Origin: Dicyema japonicum
Taxonomy: Eukaryota > Animalia > Dicyemida
DNA length: 33,000 bases
Direction of reading: 5' to 3'
Assembly: GCA_011109175.1 (NCBI GenBank)
Contig: RDEW01000040.1
Location: 248,001 to 281,000 of the forward strand
Shown: piece by piece, positions 1 to 11,401 of the stretch
Layout of the letters: each line of letters opens with the position of its first letter
Position numbering within the stretch: position 1 is the first letter of the stretch
Made by a program: the position numbers and the translations under genes
The notes under the pieces: generated by a model
What the model was told of the DNA's origin: nothing
Databases searched by the model: none
The model's input: only the letters and a program-made list of their open reading frames with translations

Positions 1-581
1 CCAATGCAATCTAAAAACATACAATTAACTACTTTGTGTCGTAAATCCTTGATCTTGGTTCTTCTCTGAGACAATATCTGTTGTCTGTAGTTTGCAGCTT
101 TTTCCAATTTTTCATCAAGTTTTTTGAGAAGAGATTGTCTATATATAAAATATATAATAAAACTCTTCAGTATCGTCCTCATCAACTGATGATGCCGTGG
201 AATCGAATGTACCTGGCTGAAATAATTCAATTTCCGCAGACAGTTTCATATCATGTTCATTATTGATTTTAAAGTTAACTCGCTCATGGACGCTAATTTA
301 GCTCCCAATTCATCCTCATAATCATATATTTCTCGCATGGTCTATCAATTACATGTTTCCTAACCTTTTCAATATTATCATTATTTTCCTTAGAGGATGA
401 ATCAAGAGTTTGTACAAAGTCTGTACTTTTAATTTCCGAAGGTTTTTGTACCGGTAAGTCATTTCTTTTGAAATAACTTCTTTTTGGGGGTTTGTGGGGA
501 AAATAAGGTCGACTAGCAACATTAAACTAACACAAACTTAAAATGCCATGGAAGATAGTATATGGCAAAACAAGGGATCAT
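1..581 (-). CDS. Hypothetical multi-exon protein with a C-terminal charged coiled-coil; runs off the window start
   Basis: Manual splicing of ~23-25-nt GT-AG introns gives MIPCFAIYYLPWHFNRPYFPHKPPKRSYF...TEEQSLLKKLDEKLEKAANYRQQILSQRRTKIKDLRHKVVN. One extra A near 298 is needed to keep frame. No family recognised; the helix is only vaguely stathmin-like. Confidence 0.45.
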
Positions 582-1118
582 ATAACCTGAAATATTGTAA
601 CTTGATGGGGAAATTATACTATGCAGTGAATTGACAGCACTTTCAAGGCGAAATAAGATATCCTATTAGTTACAGTCGATAACATAACTTTGCAAAAGTT
701 GACATCTTTATTTTTGTGAGCATATTCTACCACTTGATCTAGCATTTTTTCAAATGTATGTTTGATGTTTTTATCAACATTATTAGTCATGGTTATACAA
801 CTATTGTTAGATATATTATTAATGTTTAAATTTTTTAAATGAAATTATTATTTTATTTTAATATTTTTTATGCACTATGGTTAATTAAGTGATTTCTTGC
901 AAAACTTGATAATTTTTTAATGTTTCCCTAAAAATACACTAACAATAATAAATGTATATGCACCACACTGTGGAAGAGTGGCAAAAAACCCGACAGAACT
1001 GGATGAATTCTACTCAGCATTATCAAAGACGTATAATGAATATGAGTCGTCCTCACTAATATTCATTGCTTGCGATCTAATGCGAAAATTGGAACAAAAA
1101 AGAACTCAGAAGATACCT

Positions 1119-1560
1119 TCATGGAAGACACGGACGTGGGAATAGAAACTTTCCTGGGATCATACTCGGCCATTTCTGCACGGCAAACAAATTTTTCTTA
1201 TGCAACACAGTATTCTCACATCGTGTATGCCACATAACCACTTGGTGAATCTCTTGAATTCGGGTCTGTAGCAGCTGGGACATGATGGTGGAGGGAGTTT
1301 GCACATATTGACAACTGTCAATCGGAGAGAGGGTAGGCATATTCTCAGAGTTAGTTGTTCCAGTGTGTAGTCCGAAATATTTCTGGCCATTATATGCTTC
1401 CTGCTTAGCGTAATAAGGTATCTTTCCTTTCCATGATCTTTGTCTCGTCTGAAAACGGAGTATCCCGGAAAGTTAAGAGTTGGTCGCCGTGGGTTAAGTT
1501 TCGTCTTTTGGAAAAGAGCTATATCCACTGAGTGTTTTATGAGAAAGCGTTGTAGTTCGG
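1119..1560 (-). mobile_element. Degenerate LINE apurinic endonuclease (APE) fragment
   Basis: DIALFQKTKL...NFPGYSVFRRDK and LTVVNM resemble the APE motifs (QETKL, GY.VFRRDR, .VN.Y.PP) of non-LTR ORF2; frameshifted. Confidence 0.7.
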
Positions 1561-1742
1561 CAATTTTTGTTCGGATACCATTATTATTATAATAATTCGG
1601 ATACCATTGATGTTAGTTTGTAACATGACTTGCCTAAATGAACAAAAGACATATTTATTTAAGTTTTATTAAAATAATATTAAATAGTTAATTGTTTTCT
1701 TTGCTTCAATAATACTTGTTTTGTACTTTCTTACTGAATAAA

Positions 1743-2069
1743 TTTTTTTTAAATGATACAAATTTTATTAAGGAAAGAAAAGAGAGTAAACGGTTATATA
1801 GCGGCTGCTTTGATTGCGTGGCTATTTCCTCTCAAGATGGAGAGCGAGATTCGCTTAATTAACCAGCAGGGCTCACGAGGGTCTCCTGTTCGTATAGCGA
1901 TCCGATTCCCTAGACAACTCAAGAATTCTAGCGTCGCAGGCGTAAGGGAACCAGACGTCTCAACGGCGAATGGAACAAACAAAAAAGAAATAAAAAAAAC
2001 TTTTGACCGTCTCGTCAGATACGTCTTCCCAGCCATTTTTGTAAAAACGACCGTGTCTTTTAAAGTCAA
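1743..2069 (-). mobile_element. 3' end of an RLE-type (CRE-like) non-LTR retrotransposon, 5'-truncated
   Basis: FVPFAVETSG...EFLSCLGNRIAIRTGDPRE...RISLSILRGNSHAI matches the restriction-like endonuclease C-terminus. On the - strand the stop is followed by AATAAA and an A8 tail. Confidence 0.7.
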
Positions 2070-2429
2070 TTTCTTGTAATAATTGTATACTGAAATAATT
2101 GAGTTTCCAATAATTTTGTAAAATATATTAACTTGCGTCTGGTAAAATTACTTTTGAAAGATTCTATAGTACTAATATCAATGGATTGAAGTAAAAACCT
2201 AATATTTTAAAAAGACGATAATTTTATATATTCCAATTTCGACAGTACACAATAGCAGGGCAGTGGTCAATTAATAGTAAAATTTGTTTTTTCATTCTTT
2301 AGCTGAATGTCTATTGTTTTTGTTCTAGGGAAATGGCTGTCACATTCTAAATAAGTACTGTCAGAACAGATGGCATGAGAAATAAAATTCAGTCAGGGAG
2401 GGCAAAGTCGAAATTTGGAGATAAAATAT

Positions 2430-3690
2430 TTTATTTTAAAACTCCAAGACCACCAAGAAAGAAAGAATTAACTCGCTAAATTAAGTGATCCCAGCTTCCA
2501 ACATCTCTCGAATTCTCTTCGAGTTCCGCCAGTGAACCAACAGTGTTTATGAAGTTTCGGAATTCTATCGGAGTGCACTTCTTTAGTGCCGATCTGAATT
2601 CCTCCGCATGAACCACCCTCTCTCTGAATGGGTTTCCTAGCTCCTTTCACATACGTAGTTACCCCTGGCCATTTCTCACCTTCGCCACCTCTGAAAAGTG
2701 ACTGGGGATGGATATGGTGTCTGATTGCATATGCAGCATGATCTTCCGTCTGAGAGTGTTCATGGCTCGACCCTCCTAAAGGGAAGGCATATTCAATCGT
2801 CGGCACAATAACTTGAAGATATAATTTGCTGATACAAGCAGTAGGAGGGAAGGGGCTCTTTATGATAGCTTTTAAGACGTTTCATTTTGAAGACCCTTGG
2901 TTAACACTTTTTCCGTGTGACTGGAGAACGTTATTATAGAGTCAAATGTCACTCCAAGGATCTTCTGAATTAGCATATAAGAATGGGAATGTTTCCGAGA
3001 GATATCTCATGTCCACCTTTAAATCTTCTGTCTGTAGTAAATAGGATGAACTGATACTCGGATGCAGACACAGACAGCAAATTCATGGATAGCTAGTCAC
3101 ACACATGGTTGAGGTGCGACTGAACCACCGTTACAGCCCAGGAAAGAGATTTCCTTGTAGCGATAATCAGGTTGTCCGCGTAAGATAAAAACATAGTTTC
3201 ATGATCTCTGATGATAGTATAGAAATAAGTTAAATAATAGAGGAGACAGAGGAGAGCCTTGTGGGGCCTCATTCGGGAGTAGTCTTGATATTGAAGTAAT
3301 TTTTCCAATCCTGACTCTTCCAGTCGGCAATCTATGAAATGTTCCAGCCAGAGCATGATGTTCGGATGTAAATTTGAATTAAAAATACTTTTTGTTATAT
3401 CTATGGATACCAGAACCGTCCGTAAGTGCGTGTTGAAGCCGTCTGATCCAAATACGTCGTTGTAGAACGGCCTGCTCTGAAGCCATGTTGAAAATCAGGA
3501 AATTATAGAACTGGGGAAATTAACATTAGTACAAGCTTCTCCACACTTTTGACAAGACGGAAGTTATGGAGACAGGGCGGTAAGAGGATGGAATGTCTTG
3601 ATTTTCCAGGCTTGAAAATTGGTGCAATCAGTGAATTCTTCCACGACCCCGCTCTGGGGCACTAAGTGCATTAAAATCCGGGGTAAAAAT
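2430..3690 (-). mobile_element. Decayed APE-RT LINE copy A: RT domain to 3' tail
   Basis: - strand motifs WKNSLIAPIFKPGK, YRPVSITSVLSKV, GFRAGRSTT, PQGSPLSPLLFNLFL, YADN; C-terminus LEAGIT* (stop at 2481-2483); AT-rich tail at ~2430. Multiple frameshifts. Confidence 0.85.
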
Positions 3691-3779
3691 AATTGCTTAA
3701 TATCAAAATTAATAATGAATAAACAAGTTTTTATTAAAAATAATCCGTTATTTTTTTCCTACAATCTTTGTATTTTTAA

Positions 3780-4390
3780 TATCTTAAGATAAAATCTTAC
3801 GAAACTCGTTATAAAACGTTTTATGTCTGTCTCTTCTTCTTGAATCACGCTGTGGACAATATTTTCGATGTGATTTTCGTCAAATTGAAATGAGCATTGT
3901 CGTGTTTTTCTATTCTATGTTCATTTATTTTCCGCCAACAATTTTCAATCACATCTGAAGAAATACTTGTCCACTTAAATTCCAACAACCGTTATTACAT
4001 GTCTCAGATTTAGCTTTGGAAAAATAAGTTCTTCGTCTTCGGACACAAGAGTGAAAGGATATCAAATTGTTAAAATATCTTGATTTAGATTCCTTTATTA
4101 TTTCCATGTCTAATAGCTTACAAGTGACGTTAGTATTCTTTGGCAGAAATAATAGTTTAACATTCGAATGAGAAAAATTTTTATGACATGTTGCATTGTC
4201 TAGCATTAACAATATTTTTTTATTTTGACAAATCACTTTTTCGTTCAGCTTGCACAGCCACATATTAAAAATGTCTGAAGTCATCCAAGAATTTTTTGAT
4301 GCTGCATGCATCACTCCATGGTCCTCAGTATTGAAATTTTTAAACATCGAGGAGATTTTATACTTTCCTATTAGCAAAGGTTTGAACCTC
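3780..4390 (-). mobile_element. pogo/Tigger (DDE_1, CENP-B-like) transposase remnant
   Basis: KPLLIGKYK...SKNSWMTSDIFNMWL...KILLMLDNATCH...KLLFLPKNT...LLDMEII matches the DDE_1 core. The HTH domain and terminal inverted repeats are not seen. Confidence 0.85.
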
Positions 4391-4635
4391 GATAACATGA
4401 TACGCGCCTGAGGTCCTAGGTGTTTGAGGTGAATAGCACAGACACCGTGGCTCGGGTGGGTCTTAGAAATCTGATAGTTTTTTCCACATCGTAGGGATGG
4501 ACCACATCGTTTGACATGCGGAGAGCGAGAAAAATTCTTGTGGTTGATCGACACATTATATTTCATAAGATTATTCGCAAGTTTCCATGCAGTTTCCGAA
4601 ACAATTGGGGGTAACGGCTTCCACTCCGCCGCCAT
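4391..4635 (-). mobile_element. Upstream piece of LINE copy A (pre-RT region) fused in frame to the Tigger remnant
   Basis: SHGVCAIHLKHLGPQARIMLS aligns with PDGIPLILLKHLGPASINALT of the LINE ORF at 13701-14789. Confidence 0.6.
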
Positions 4636-4891
4636 CTTCTTTTATAAGACTGTTGATACTTCTCAGTGTCCAGAAGTTTTCACATGAATTTTTATGGCAT
4701 AGTCGACCAACAAGCCGTCTCCACTTGTGTCTGTGGTTAGCACTGATTAGTTGAGAAATTCTATAATTTAGAGTGGAGATAAAATTGCTTTTAAAATGAA
4801 AAATTAAATTATTTTTTAATAAATCAAATAATTTTTTAATATTTAAATTTATACAAACAAACTTTTATCGTGTTCCTAAGTTTCAAAAATA

Positions 4892-6129
4892 ATGGAATAT
4901 GGGGAAATTGACTCCATCAAAATGTTTGTGGGACAAATCCCACGGAATATGAATGAGGACGAGATTAGAAGCCACCTTCAATGTTATGGAGACATAACCG
5001 AATTAGTTCTTATCAAAGAACGCAAAACTGGGGAAAGCAAAGGCTGCTGTTTTGTCACATACGCCAAACAAGAGTCAGCTTCCGCTGCCCAGGGAGCCCT
5101 CCACAACAAGCACATATTTCCGGGAGTTGTTGAATTCTCATTCTTTCAGATGAAACATCCCGTGCAAATGAAGGTGGCCGATAGTGAAGTCAGGAGCGGT
5201 TACTTTGCCCAAATAATATGCAGATGAACGAAAACTGTTTGTTGGAATGCTTCCCAAGCGATTCACCGACAACGACCTCAAGGAAATGTTCAGTCCCTAT
5301 GGAGGTATTGAAGACTCTGTGATTTTGAACGATTCTGATGGAAATTCAAAAGGTAGGTTGGATGCTTAATTTGTGCTTTTGCTGTGTCTTTACTGTTTTA
5401 TGTCAGGCTGTGGTTTTGTCACGTTCGATTCCAAAAAGAGTGCAGCGAGTGCTATGCAGGCTCTTCACCTGTCAAAACAATTCAACGTTTATTTTGAGGA
5501 GTTATTCCACACAGGGCTGCAGTGGTCACGTGGTCGTGAAAGTGGCCGACAATTCCAGGCAGAGGGAAATTAGGAAGGGATCCAGAATCGATCAACTTGA
5601 CATGAGTAGCATCAAATTTTTGAATCACCAATATTTCATGGTACTACTCATTCTGACCACGTGTAGCAACAACAGCTTGCTAACCGATCCATACCTACTC
5701 AGAAAAACACGACTCCTAGCTATGACTATCCCTTCCTATGGGATGGGAAACAAACCGTATACTCCCAATTATAATGCGTCATATTTTCAACCCAGTTTTG
5801 ATGAATTTTTAGCTTAGATGATCGACTTTGTAACTATGGTCCCGATGGATCAAATCTGTTTATTTATTACCTCCCCCAGGAGTGTTCTGATAAGAACCTG
5901 GTAGATATGTTCTCTTTATACGGACGAGTTCTCTCCGCAAAGGTGTTTCGGGACAAGGATACGAAAAAGAGTCGGTGTTTTGGTAATGATTTAACTCATG
6001 CCAGGGTTTGTGAGCTACGATAACTCAAATTCTGCTTCTGTGGCCATTCAGAGAATGAACGGATACCAAGTTGGGAATAAAAGACTTAAGGTACAGTTGA
6101 AGAAAGCTAAACAAAACTCTCCATATTGA
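4892..6129 (+). CDS. CELF: CELF/Bruno-family RNA-binding protein with three RRMs
   Basis: RRM1 [18 protein letters not shown]; RRM2 [19 protein letters not shown]; RRM3 [34 protein letters not shown]. Introns 5126-5149, 5199-5223, 5353-5406, 5487-5514, probably 5794-5816, and 5983-6004. Linker splicing is uncertain. Confidence 0.95.
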
Positions 6130-6182
6130 TTAATATTGCTTTTAAATAGTCTAAACTATCTCTTTTACTTTCCGCTGGATAG

Positions 6183-6306
6183 TTGGCATTATCCAGGAGT
6201 CGGAGAATGTAACCTAATTTTTTCTGGATACAGCGTTTTCAGAAAAGATCGACTTGGACGTGGGGGTGGGTTACCTGCCATCATTAAAAAAGGTTTGACC
6301 TACTAA
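6183..6306 (+). mobile_element. LINE APE endonuclease fragment
   Basis: Translates to SGYSVFRKDRLGRGGGLPAIIKKG, the classic APE GY..FRKDR..RGGG motif. Downstream sequence to ~7400 is too decayed to map. Confidence 0.7.
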
Positions 6307-7867
6307 GATGTGAGCACAAAAAATAAACAACACGAATTTTGAAATATTATAATATGTAAAGATCTCAAAAACAAAAACTCCCGATGGATGACAACTCAAT
6401 CGGCCGGTAAGAGGGGTAATCCAATTGATGAATCTTTCGAAATGGTGATCCTAGATAACCATAAAATCCACACGAGGACTCCAGTCCAGGAAATGATGAC
6501 CCAGCCTATCCAGTTCTTCCTCAATAATTTAACGGAACGTCTCCTAAGTACTTCTTAGGAACCAAGTAAGCTTCAAGAAACTTAAGAAGGTGACTGCCCC
6601 AAATTCAAGCTATTAAACTTAAATTTTTAAATTTCGTGAAAACTAAACATATGAAGGTGAGTTTAATCTCAGGATTTTGGAGTAGAGCGCAGACTTCCTA
6701 CATATCGCTCAAATATTAATTAAACTATGTTGCTAATAACTAAGTAAACCATGTAGCAACATTTTGAGGTAGAAAGGAGACTCATCAAATGGTTTACTGA
6801 CATTGATTTTGATGGAGGATCTGGAATCGGCTTTGCAAGACACATTAGGAAAATCCGTATGCTGATGATATTAATTTCGCCTAAAATGATAAGGTGGGAC
6901 TTCAACAACTACTTGAGGTAACACCAGGTAAACTGACCACGTTTTTTCTATCTATGAACATTTCAAAACCGAAACCTTTGAAGTTAAACTCATTCGAACA
7001 GATGAAATGACCGAGGAATTTGGTTTCCTCTTAAGATTTCAAATACACCACGAAAAGTAATATAGCCAAGCTAATTGTTGGAATACATCCTGTTTGTCTC
7101 TCTTCGAGGATTTTCTAATCACGGAAGCATGATAGAATCTGTTTTGTCACATTTAGAGAACAGAGCCAAATATGGTGGTAAATGTAGCTATGGATAACTA
7201 TGGGAAAATTCATTAGAGGTATGCGTTTAACGCTATCGGAAAATAGGATATGAGGCCAGTGAAAACTCACTAAGTAATCGTGAAAACCTCGGTGATCTGA
7301 GGAGTTACAATAGACTCTTCAAAAGTCAATTTTAAGCAACGACTTTTGTTTGACTTGCCAGACTAACCTAGCGAAACATAAAATATTTAACGGCAATATT
7401 CTAGATAGAAGATGGTTATATTGTTAGTAAAGAACATTAAACTCAACCCTCATAAGTTTAGTTTTCATGAAATTTAAAATTTTCATTGCAAGAATGTAAT
7501 ATAAATTCATAATCATTACTTATGTTCATTTTGAGTTAATGTTGGTGAGAGTGAGACACTTTCCCGAACCCCTCGCCATTTTCTCTGTTGAACTTTACAA
7601 ATCGAATTTGATTAATCTCAGGTTTAATATTGATCTCGATAGCTAATGTGAGAGGCAACAACGTGTCGATTATTTAAAACCACTCCTGCATGTGAATATC
7701 TAAGGTTAGGCTTGTGGTGTTTTTTCTATCAACTTTCATCCTTAGATTAATCAAGGTTATCTCCTGTTTTCATTTTTAGCATAATCTTAATCCAGGAAGA
7801 GAGGAAACGTACGTTAATTAATATAAATTTAAAATATTTATTTTTTTATAAAAATTAAAATATTGAA

Positions 7868-10036
7868 TCATTGTTTCATACAAAGACATTCATCCCCCAA
7901 TCGAGTCCAACAGTGAAAACAAAATGCCCCAAAACAGTCATTTTCACAAATCATGTAATTCTCCATCAATTTCTCCCCACAATACGAACAATTAGATTCC
8001 TTGTAATTGGCCTTGATGTTTTTATCCAAGTAATTAAAAAAGCTGACAAAATTTTCATCCTCTATTTTTTGTTTTCGTATTTGAAAAATTTTCGAATGAC
8101 GTCGATGAAGCCAATAACGAGAATTTGAAATCGAATTCCAAAGAAACTCAATCCGTTTAACTTCTCGTGCTGGAAAAAAGTAACTAAACTCACTTAAAGG
8201 GATTACCTGCAAATAAGTCTTCGGAATCTCAGAAAATATGATTCAAAAAAGCACGAGACTACAATAAAGAAAAAGTAGATATATATTTGCTGTATTATGA
8301 TATTTGAGGTCATGTAAGGGTTCGGAATGCATTGGGTATTCTCGAAAACGAATGATTCACTTTCGAGGATTTTTAACATCTAAAAATGACATGCACATTT
8401 TACCGATAGAAATTTTCCAATGTACCTTCTGAGGCCCTCGTGGGGAATTGTAACATTTCTTGGTCCCACATTGGCCGTTGTGGTCATTTTTATTCCACCG
8501 ACAAAAATATCCCGGAATTCCATGATTAGGAAGTACAGTAAAAAATCGAATAAAATGACAACTGAAACTGGAATTATCCATAAAAATAGAATTTTCAAGA
8601 GATTTGTGAATAACGTCTTCTTCTCTTCCTTGGTCATACTTTGAGTTTCAAAGTCAATGTAGTCGGACATTTCAAAGCTTTTCAAAGGCAGAACATGACT
8701 CCCCCTTTCCTAGAAGGTTGGTTACAAAACAAAACATGTTTGAATTTTATGGCGTCGTATTTTTTGAATTTTCTTGTAATGTAATTGTTATCGAATTGTA
8801 AGTTAGTCATGTACTGATTGAAGTACGTGGCTGCTTCCTTGTACATGAGGACAAAAATGAATGACATGATGACTTGGATGAAGCTCAAAAAAGCATTCAT
8901 GTAATTTTTCATTATTTTGAAGACCTGCCTTATTCGGATTATAAGTTCAATCCACGTGAGTTTCACTAACGGTTCCTCAGTTCTGCTCACAGTTATCTAA
9001 ACTGAGAAAATTAAGGTAAACTTTAACAACTTTCGGAAATTTGAATTTGTTTTTGAGTTCCTCGTCGTCTTCAGCAAAGTTTGTCTCATTGAATAATTTT
9101 TTGTCGAATGATTTTGGGGTGGCACACAATCTTTCCGCATTTTGCATGCAAATGTCGAAATCTGAGATTCCAATTCCGTCGAATAGATGAGCATATTCAC
9201 TGTTTACTATATTCGACATCTTCTTCACACACAGATCTTCGGCTTTTCTATTTGTCATGTTACAAGTCCGACCTTTGGATTTCGAGACAGATCTTTTCTG
9301 TTTTTGACATTAGATTTGACAATATTTTGACTGGTTTGGAAAAATCAGTTTTTTTCTTTTTCTTTGCCTTCAATTCACTCTAAAATGAATACTTTACTTT
9401 ACTTTTGTTCGCAAATACATTACGTCTTTAAAACCAAAGAGATCAAGAGATCCTTCTTCCTCCTCTCTTTGCATGCTGGTTGTTGTTTTATGGAAACGAG
9501 CCAACATCTTCAATGTGGACTCGGCCTTCTTCTTACTGGCATGCTTCATTGCTTCAACCTAAGAAAATTAATTTTTTGAAAAACGATGCATGAGGTGGCT
9601 GAAGTGATCTCTTTTACGTTATTGTGCATAGTTTCAACAGAACCAGTCAATAGGAGGGTCAGAATGAAACTGAAGACCAAAAGTCGACCTTGGTGTCCAC
9701 TAATTTTGGCCAGGGACAACATAAAAACGCATCTCGCTCTGATACTGAACCCAAATCCGATCACAGAGAGGAGTCCAATCACGGTGGTGATTATGAAATT
9801 AAAAAACTACAAGGTTATGATAACGCAACAACCGTTAGTCCCTTTACGTTGGAAATTACAAAATTATGAACGCAGATTGTGTAAATCACCCCCGATATCA
9901 TTCCTAGTATACACTTGAGTCCCCAAACGTTCGAGGATGTAAACATTAGCAGCTTTAAAATTTCCAAGATACTTTGGGTAACTCGAAATGAGCTGATCCA
10001 TTCTTTGAATTTTTTTGCGTGTGATAATGTTTTCAT
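7868..10036 (-). CDS. DCST1/2: DC-STAMP domain protein of the DCST1/DCST2 (SPE-42/SPE-49/Sneaky) family
   Basis: RARCVFMLSLAKISGHQGRLLV...GSVETMHNNVKEITSATSC; FDNNYIT; VLPLKSFE followed by a TM helix; C-terminal 8-Cys finger CSYC..CENDC..CFHC..CLC. Several 26-nt introns restore frame. The start codon and some middle exons are less certain. Confidence 0.85.
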
Positions 10037-10460
10037 TGAAAATTAAATTCATAAAGACATTTATATTAATTTTGCGATATTTATCGTCAAATTCGTCATT
10101 TTTTGAAAATTGCTTTATTAGGAATTATTTAAAAATCACGGTAATTCGTTTTTATTAATTGTCGTTAGATCTCTAATTATAGACATCAAGTCCTCCAAAC
10201 TAATGTTCTTTCCATTCTCGGGAACACATAGAGTTTAGACTGTGTACCTTCCAGCATTGGTGAGCTTGCTGTCATGAATCTCAATAGATGTCGTCAAAAC
10301 ATCCAGTTTTGGATAATTTAATTCTTGAAAAATAAAAAGTGGAATGGTGAATAGAACTTATGGAGCATTGTTATGGGCATCCTAATTACCAGACACCTTG
10401 ACATTTACCATTAAAAATGCCGAATTATTAATTTATCTTAGTTCCTTTGAAAATTAAATT

Positions 10461-10745
10461 TCGGCCATGTGGTGATATGTGGCTAATTGGTTGAAGAATT
10501 TCTGTTTGTTTTGTCTTTTCCTCCTTTTCCCTTTCCTACTAAAGTGACGTCATGTGATCCATCTGTCTCAGGTGGAGCCCAGTGCCAGGCTGGCACGAAA
10601 ATGGATCATTTGCTCTCTTCCAATGAAGGGGTTTCCATAACTGCAAGGAATGGATGTCTTTTACCTTTTATGCTGGTTCTGGGTGGACTTGTGTGACGTT
10701 GAAGGACTATGTCTCTGTAACAGTGGGAACTGGATGCACTTAAAG
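10461..10745. repeat. Dispersed repeat, copy 1 (LTR- or long-TIR-like)
   Basis: Aligns by eye with 18415-18670 and, inverted, with 19320-19455. Shared blocks: gccatgtggtg, ggctaattggttgaag, catgtgatcc, gtgccagg, ggatcatttgctctc. Confidence 0.85.
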
Positions 10746-11401
10746 GAAACTGGTTGCTAGCAGATAAGTAACAACCAATAGTGGAGACCCACAGAGATCT
10801 CATCTGGGTCAGTAAATGAGCACATTAATGAAACCGATCGTCTGATTCTGTCCATAAAGTCCTGTAAAGTTATATGGTGACTGCAGTGGAGGCGCGGCAA
10901 GTGGACACGAACTACCTGAAGTAGAAAAGCTTCACCTTCATCAATGTTAGGCGGTAGACGTTCCAGAAGATTGTTGTACCAAGGGTTTTGAAATAGATAG
11001 TAGAAAAGCAAACGTGGATCGCTTTGAAGCGCGACTAGGTGATCACAGTCTCCAGAATAGTCAGACGATAATAGGTATGATTCTCCTTTTGTTAGTAAAA
11101 AGTTCATGTGTCAACTGCTAGCAAAAAAACTGTATACATTTGTAGCGAACAGAAATAGTTTGATCGATAGTTTCTACGGACGTTAGTTAGTTAAGTAAAT
11201 CCGGCCTCACTGATATGTAGAAGACTACGCGACAAAGCAGAAAATCAAATTAAAAGTTAGCTTCTTCCATTTTTGCAGCTCTTTTCCATGTCCCGTAGTT
11301 TTTCAGAGTCCTCCTGTCCTTGAGGCGTTTCCCTATTTGTAAGATTAATTAATTAAATGTAAATATTTAAATCAATAAAATAAATAAAATTGAAATAACA
11401 A

